64,000 bases of DNA from Syntrophaceae bacterium (GTDB lineage Bacteria > Desulfobacterota > BSN033 > UBA1163), in assembly GCA_013388635.1 (NCBI GenBank), contig JACAEX010000020.1, positions 5,826 to 69,825 of the forward strand. The letters run 5' to 3'. Every line of letters starts with the position of its first letter. The first letter of the stretch is position 1. The position numbers and the translations under genes were made by a program. The notes under the pieces were generated by a model. It was not told the origin of the DNA. It was given only the letters and a program-made list of their open reading frames with translations, and did not search any database. Below, in pieces: positions 58,696 to 64,000 of this stretch.

Positions 58696-60239
58696 ATTAT
58701 CAAGAATTGCTTCAATCTCCGATCATCCCACCCCAAATTGTAGCACTGACCCAGAAGGCCAGCTCCAATATGGTCCCTGTCCTCATCCAGGGCGAACAGG
58801 GAACAGGAAAGGAGTTGATCGCAAAGCTCATCCATTACACCGGAGACTGGAAATCTTACCGTTTCCTCAAAATGGATTGTCGAATCATGACGAAAGATAC
58901 ATTTCAGGCCTCCCTCTCCGAGCTTCTTAAAGAGACCGAAGGGGGTGAGACCCCGGCAACCGTTTATCTCAAGGAAGTCGGGTACTTAGGAAAGGAGAGC
59001 CAGTTAAAGCTATTGGAATTGATCGAAGACGGGGTCCTTCAGACTAACGGAGAGAAGAAAGTGATCAAGAATATCCGGTTTATCTCCTCTTCGTCTGAGG
59101 ATTTGAAAGAGAAGGCCGCCCAGGGAAAATTCTTAGAGGATTTATACTATCAATTGAGCACCCTCTCCATTTTCGTACCGCCCTTGCGAGATAGGACAGA
59201 CGAGATTCCGAAGATCGCCCAGTACATCCTGGAAGAATATTCTAAAAGGATGAGGCTTAAGAAGGTGGCCATTTCCAATGATGTCCTCTCGCTTCTGGAA
59301 AGCTACTGGTGGCCAGGGAACCTGCGAGAGCTCGAGCATGTGGTGATCCGGGGAGCGGTTTATTCCGACGGCGAAACGCTGAAAGAGAAGGATCTCTTCT
59401 TTAGACAGGAGGAGGAAAGGACATCTTTCTCCTCTTTTCTGAAGAAGTCTGATGTGAAGCCCCCCCTGCCGAAGGAGAGGGGCTTTTCAGGAGAGGAGGA
59501 TACTCCCTCTTTGTCCGCCTTTCTGATTGAGTTGGTCCACCGGATCAAGAATCCCCTTGTCTCGATCAAGGCATTTACGCAACTCTTGAGGGAAAAATTT
59601 AATGATCCTGAATTCAGAAATCAATATTATCGAGTGGTGACCGAAGATATCGATAGGATCGATTCCCTGCTGAACGGTTTCTTGAACTACATCAAGATCA
59701 ACACCCCGATCGAGAAAAGGAACACGGTTCACGGGGTTCTGGACGATGTTTTAAAGAGGCACGATCCCCAGCTTAAAGACAAACAGATAAAGGTATTTAA
59801 GAGGTATGAAGAAGGCCTTCCCGAAACCATTGTCCACGAGGAGCAGCTTCGCTATATTTTCGATTCGATCCTGCAATATGCGATCTCCTCTGTGCCTCCA
59901 AACGGGAGCATCGGATTTTTGACAAAATCCTCGAACACTCACAAAAAGACTCCCGTCGAAAGAGCACTGTCAAATGGGGAAAAAGGACAGATTGAGATTG
60001 TGGTCGTCTTCACTGGCTATAAGAGGGAAGGCGAACCGTTGAGGAATGTGTTAGGAATTCCCGTCCCCCCGCAGGAGGAGAAGATCGAATTGGAACTGCG
60101 GCTGCTCAAAGAGATTATTCAAAAGAACCGGGGGATGATGAAATTCGAGGTCGACGAGAAGAAACCGCGAACCCTGATCTCTCTGAGCTTCCCCATCGAA
60201 AGAAGAAAGGTGATCTATTACCCGTCAGCAGAATCGTAG
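58692..60239 (+). CDS. Degenerate sigma-54-activator-like AAA+ domain (no GAFTGA, altered Walker B) fused to a HisKA-like domain and degenerate ATPase-like C-terminus
   Basis: LIQGEQGTGKELIA Walker A; LEDLYYQLSTLSIFVPPLRDRTDEIP; H-box-like LVHRIKNPLVSIKAFTQLL; no G1/G2 boxes. Confidence 0.55.
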   Translation: MNYQELLQSPIIPPQIVALTQKASSNMVPVLIQGEQGTGKELIAKLIHYTGDWKSYRFLKMDCRIMTKDTFQASLSELLKETEGGETPATVYLKEVGYLGKESQLKLLELIEDGVLQTNGEKKVIKNIRFISSSSEDLKEKAAQGKFLEDLYYQLSTLSIFVPPLRDRTDEIPKIAQYILEEYSKRMRLKKVAISNDVLSLLESYWWPGNLRELEHVVIRGAVYSDGETLKEKDLFFRQEEERTSFSSFLKKSDVKPPLPKERGFSGEEDTPSLSAFLIELVHRIKNPLVSIKAFTQLLREKFNDPEFRNQYYRVVTEDIDRIDSLLNGFLNYIKINTPIEKRNTVHGVLDDVLKRHDPQLKDKQIKVFKRYEEGLPETIVHEEQLRYIFDSILQYAISSVPPNGSIGFLTKSSNTHKKTPVERALSNGEKGQIEIVVVFTGYKREGEPLRNVLGIPVPPQEEKIELELRLLKEIIQKNRGMMKFEVDEKKPRTLISLSFPIERRKVIYYPSAES

Positions 60240-60267
60240 AAGAGATTATAAACTCGAAAGTGGAGGG

Positions 60268-61635
60268 GTGAATGTGAGAAGCGTCTTAATTGTTGACGAT
60301 GAGGCAGGTACCAGGGAATCGATCAAGATGATTCTGAAGAACGATTACGAGGTCTTCTTGGCCAGAGACGCCGAGGAGGCATTTGCTCAGATCAAGGCAC
60401 ATTCGCCGGATGTGATTCTCCTTGACATCATCCTGCCTGATATCGATGGTTTAAAAGTTCTTGAAAAGATTAAGGAAAATGACCCAGATCTGATCGTGAT
60501 CATGATCACCGCAACCAAGACGGTCAAGACAGCCGTTGAGGCGATGAAATTAGGGGCCTACGACTACGTGACCAAGCCCTTCGATGTCGATGAACTCCGG
60601 TTGATCATTAACCGGGCCCTGTCGACTCAGGCCCTGGAGAAGGAGGTCAGATATCTTCGGAAGGAGATCGATAAGGGGTTCAGCTTTGGGAACATCATCG
60701 GTAAAAGTAAGGTAATGGAAGACATTTTTAAGGTGGTCAGGCAAATCGCAGATTCAAAATCGACTGTTCTCATCATGGGAGAGAGCGGAACCGGAAAGGA
60801 GCTAATCTCTCGGGCAATCCATTATAATAGCAATCGAAGGAATTTCCCCTTCGTCACGATCAACTGTGCCGCCATCCCGGAGACCTTGATCGAGAGTGAA
60901 CTGTTCGGCCATGAAAGGGGGGCGTTCACCAATGCGATCGAGAGAAAGTTGGGCCGTTTTGAGATTGCCCATCGGGGGACGATCTTTCTCGATGAGATCG
61001 GTGAATTGAGCCTGAACACACAGGCAAAGATCCTCAGATTCTTAGAGGAGAAGGAGTTCAATCGGGTTGGAGGGTCGAAGACGATCAAAGTCGATGTCAG
61101 GCTGATCACGGCGACCAACAGAGACCTGAATCAGCTCTTAAAAAAAGGGGAGTTCCGGGAGGATCTCTATTATCGGATCAATGTGGTCCCCATCGTCATG
61201 CCACCTCTCCGGGAGAGGAAGGAGGATATCCCTCTCCTGTTAGAGCACTTTATAAAGAAATTCAATGAGGAGAATAATAAAAAGGTCAAAGGGGTTAGCA
61301 AGGAGGCATTGGAACGTATCATGAGTTATGACTGGCCGGGCAACGTTCGGGAATTGGAGAATTTGATCGAGCGCGTGGTCGCTTTGACCTCCAATGAGCT
61401 TATCCAAGCCAACGAGTTACCGTTCTCATTGACCAACGTGCCTAAGCTCAATGGGTTAAAAGAGTCTGTTTTGGAGGGCAAGGTCTCTTTTTCAAAGGCA
61501 GAGGAGGAATTTGAAAGGGATATTATCCTCGACGCCTTGAGAAAGGCCAACTATGTTCAGTCCCGTGCAGCTGAAATACTGGGCATCAGCCGCCGAATAC
61601 TGAAGTACAAGATGGATAAATTAGGAATCGCTTGA
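60268..61635 (+). CDS. Sigma-54-dependent response regulator (NtrC family)
   Basis: REC, GESGTGKEL, GAFTNA, ...GISRRILKYKMDKLGI HTH. Confidence 0.85.
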   Translation: MNVRSVLIVDDEAGTRESIKMILKNDYEVFLARDAEEAFAQIKAHSPDVILLDIILPDIDGLKVLEKIKENDPDLIVIMITATKTVKTAVEAMKLGAYDYVTKPFDVDELRLIINRALSTQALEKEVRYLRKEIDKGFSFGNIIGKSKVMEDIFKVVRQIADSKSTVLIMGESGTGKELISRAIHYNSNRRNFPFVTINCAAIPETLIESELFGHERGAFTNAIERKLGRFEIAHRGTIFLDEIGELSLNTQAKILRFLEEKEFNRVGGSKTIKVDVRLITATNRDLNQLLKKGEFREDLYYRINVVPIVMPPLRERKEDIPLLLEHFIKKFNEENNKKVKGVSKEALERIMSYDWPGNVRELENLIERVVALTSNELIQANELPFSLTNVPKLNGLKESVLEGKVSFSKAEEEFERDIILDALRKANYVQSRAAEILGISRRILKYKMDKLGIA

Positions 61636-61887
61636 AACAAAGCTAAAAGGAGGCAAAAAGGTACAAAATTGTATATCGGTGTTCGATTTTGAGCAAGATT
61701 AATCTTTTCCACTTATTACAATAGGTTACAATTCATGTTGAACGAAATGGCTTAATACTTCGCAAAAAACGGCATATCTTTACCTATCCTTTTAGGCAGG
61801 GATTCTGCCTCTCTTCCCCACCTAAAAATTTCCTTTAGATATCAAATAATTGTTAAATATCCCTAACCGCATTTTTTTATGCATTTA

Positions 61888-61902
61888 TGGCAAAGTTCTT
61901 GC
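61888..61902 (+). promoter_or_regulatory. Candidate sigma-54 promoter TGGCAA-N5-TTGCT upstream of HD-GYP response regulator
   Basis: tGGcaaagttcttGCt, about 75 nt upstream of ATG 61978; NtrC-type activator gene immediately upstream. Confidence 0.5.
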
Positions 61903-61977
61903 TTCAATTCTAACTAACCCCTGGAGAAGCCTCGCCGTTTAGGGAGAAGAGGGGGAGATCACGAAGGGGAGGAGATT

Positions 61978-63099
61978 ATGGAGGCTAAACCCAACGTGCC
62001 TAATGTCCTCATTGTTGACGACGAGATCGGGCCGAGAGAATCCTTAAGAATGATCTTAAAGGCAAACTATAATGTCTTTGCAGTTGAGAATGGGAATGCT
62101 GCGATTCAAATGGTCCAGCAAATCCCGATGGATGTCGTTACATTAGATCTGAAGATGCCTGGCCTCTCCGGAATCGATACCCTTAAGGAACTTCGGCTGA
62201 TCGACCCCGATCTCATGATAATCATCATCACTGGATATGGGACCTTAAAGAGCGCAATCGAAGCGATTCGATATGGAGTCTTTGACTATATTCCCAAGCC
62301 CTTCAACGTACCGGAGATCATCTCCATCATCGATCGATCGGTACAGCGGAGGAAACTCAATTTGAAGATCAAGGAAGTGATCGGTAACTTCTTTGAGGTT
62401 TCGCTCGGTGCATCGCCACTAAAGGACGGCATGCCCATTCAGGATGGAACCGCTCATCCTAAGTGGGGCCGCGAAATACCGTCCGGTGAACAAAACTTTT
62501 TAAAATTCGCCAAGGTCCTCGCCCATACCCTTGAGGAGAAAGACCCTTATACCTCCGGCCACTCCGAGAGGGTCTGTTACTATTCTGATTTTATTGCCAA
62601 GCGGCTTCCCCTCTCTCCGAAAGAACGGGCTGAAATCCAGATCGCTGCCTATCTCCATGATGTCGGGAAGGTCGGGATCAGCAATCGATTCATGAATAAA
62701 AAGGGGACGTTGACGCCTATCGATTGGGCGATCATTAAACAGCATACGAAGAAGTCGATCGAGCTTTTGCTTCCGTTAAACCTCTCTCCGAGCATCCTTG
62801 CGTGCATTCAATATCATCACGAGCGCTTTGACGGAACGGGCTACCCGGATGGACTCGCGGGCGACCAGATCCCAGTAGGGGCGAGGATCATCGCAATCTG
62901 CGACGCCTATGACAGCATGACCTCAGATCAACCCTACCGGAAGCCGCTCTCCCATGAGGAGGCGAAGAGTGAATTATTGAAATTCTCAGGCAAACAATTC
63001 GATCCCAATCTCGTCTCCATCTTTTTAGATGTTCTGAAGGAAATGGAGGAGGTCTTTCTGGTAAGAGACCATCTAAAAGCCCCCTCGATCTCATACTAA
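61978..63099 (+). CDS. Response regulator with HD-GYP c-di-GMP phosphodiesterase domain
   Basis: REC; HD (AAYLHDVGK) and HHERFDGTGYPDGL. Confidence 0.8.
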   Translation: MEAKPNVPNVLIVDDEIGPRESLRMILKANYNVFAVENGNAAIQMVQQIPMDVVTLDLKMPGLSGIDTLKELRLIDPDLMIIIITGYGTLKSAIEAIRYGVFDYIPKPFNVPEIISIIDRSVQRRKLNLKIKEVIGNFFEVSLGASPLKDGMPIQDGTAHPKWGREIPSGEQNFLKFAKVLAHTLEEKDPYTSGHSERVCYYSDFIAKRLPLSPKERAEIQIAAYLHDVGKVGISNRFMNKKGTLTPIDWAIIKQHTKKSIELLLPLNLSPSILACIQYHHERFDGTGYPDGLAGDQIPVGARIIAICDAYDSMTSDQPYRKPLSHEEAKSELLKFSGKQFDPNLVSIFLDVLKEMEEVFLVRDHLKAPSISY

Positions 63100-63100
63100 G

Positions 63101-63886
63101 ATGAAAGAAGGAAAGGAGCCACAAATGAACCAACTCATCCGCTGCGTCAATTGCGACGCAATCTTTCTCAAGACCCCATTCGATCAGTACCCGGAATATG
63201 ACCCGGACTCAACCCATTCACCTGAATCATTTCGAACCATTGAAAAGGATGACCTCCAGGATTTTCTAAAGAATCACCGCGGCCACCGAATGGAAGAATT
63301 GAAGGTCCTGGAAGACTCGTTCGTCAGTGAAAGAGACTACATCGAACCGGTCAAGACCTCCTATTTCAAGGCGACCAATGGAACCGAGAAGTTCGTCATT
63401 AAGAAATTCAGGGAGAAGATCGAAGAGCCGCTCCGATATCAGTTGATTCATGGAGACTATTGTTTAAAGTGTATTGGAATCGAAATCCGGTCTGAAGAGA
63501 TCGCCAAACAGCTCCAGGCAGAATTCAAGGCGACCCCCCTTCCCCCTGACAAGCTGGAGGCCTTTCTCAAGCTATTTCACTATATTGCTAAAAACACGGA
63601 TGTCAACAAATTGGAGAGAATTCCTGAAGAGTCCTCGAATCCGTTGGAGATCTATTACAGGATCGACGATATCAGTCTGGTTTATCTGCTGAGGAACTGC
63701 CGCAATATCTTTCAAGGCCAGGAATACACGGCCATCGAAGATTTCATCCGTCGGCATAAGGACGACGGCGTGCTCTTGCTGAAGGCCACGTATCGGATCC
63801 AGATCAACGAGGTAGCTAAAAAGAGAAAAAGGCTTATGGCAGCCCAGATTCGCCCAGAAAGGGCAAGGGTCGTAGCCAAAGGATAA
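63101..63886 (+). CDS. Hypothetical protein (N-terminal CxxC), translationally coupled to HD-GYP regulator
   Basis: ATG 2 nt after upstream stop; IRCVNCDAIF N-terminus; no recognised domain. Confidence 0.4.
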   Translation: MKEGKEPQMNQLIRCVNCDAIFLKTPFDQYPEYDPDSTHSPESFRTIEKDDLQDFLKNHRGHRMEELKVLEDSFVSERDYIEPVKTSYFKATNGTEKFVIKKFREKIEEPLRYQLIHGDYCLKCIGIEIRSEEIAKQLQAEFKATPLPPDKLEAFLKLFHYIAKNTDVNKLERIPEESSNPLEIYYRIDDISLVYLLRNCRNIFQGQEYTAIEDFIRRHKDDGVLLLKATYRIQINEVAKKRKRLMAAQIRPERARVVAKG

Positions 63887-64000
63887 TCTCGGGTCCCTTT
63901 TAACCCTTCCACGATCTCTAAGCCAGAATTGACATACCGATCTGCGTCTGTTATCGTTTACCATCAAGATAAACAGACCAACGGGTATCGTCTTGTCGTC

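Overview
This 64 kb window has three blocks. Its content is typical of a sigma-54-rich Deltaproteobacteria-like genome (Desulfobacterota/Myxococcota-type); GC is moderate by eye. I found no rRNA, tRNA, CRISPR array, transposase or integrase.

- **Block 1 (about 0.4-17.7 kb):** a polysaccharide (O-antigen/EPS-type) biosynthesis locus. It holds a wHTH regulator, at least six GT4 and two GT2 glycosyltransferases, and a Wzm/Wzt-type ABC exporter whose ATPase carries a C-terminal extension. It also holds two SAM methyltransferases (one large, possibly chain-terminating), an AsnB/WbpS-like amidotransferase and a PMT/TMTC-like membrane glycosyltransferase fused to TPR repeats.

- **Block 2 (about 18-47 kb):** a large type IV pilus (T4P) locus, all on the + strand.
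  - pilD, then a PilS/PilR-like sensor kinase and sigma-54 activator.
  - Two paralogous minor-pilin/tip-adhesin cassettes, each ending in a large PilY1 (vWA plus Ca-binding propeller) and each accompanied by a small secreted paralog. The first is PilV-PilW-PilX-PilY1 from a sigma-54 promoter; the second is FimT-PilV-PilW-PilX-PilY1 from a sigma-70-like promoter.
  - A sigma-54-promoted operon: REC-DUF4388(PATAN) response regulator, MglB, MglA, a Pro-rich CheW-like-domain protein, a PAS histidine kinase and an NtrC-type activator. A divergent TPR protein sits upstream.
  - pilMNOPQ, with a 3xAMIN lipoprotein secretin.

- **Block 3 (47-64 kb):** housekeeping and regulatory genes.
  - pyrD/pyrK, a RimI-like GNAT, a TPR protein, mobA, dnaJ, an FmdB zinc ribbon and a four-helix-bundle protein.
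  - A C7-homopolymer-frameshifted ORF, a KAS (FabF-like), and a multi-TM-GAF histidine kinase (PrsK-like architecture).
  - An unusual degenerate sigma-54-AAA+/HisKA hybrid, an NtrC-type activator, a REC-HD-GYP phosphodiesterase and a hypothetical partner.

Several dispersed non-coding motifs and repeat families occur in the intergenic regions. The MglA/MglB-CheW-like polarity module wired into the T4P locus is the most interesting candidate system, followed by the pseudo-EBP/HisKA hybrid.
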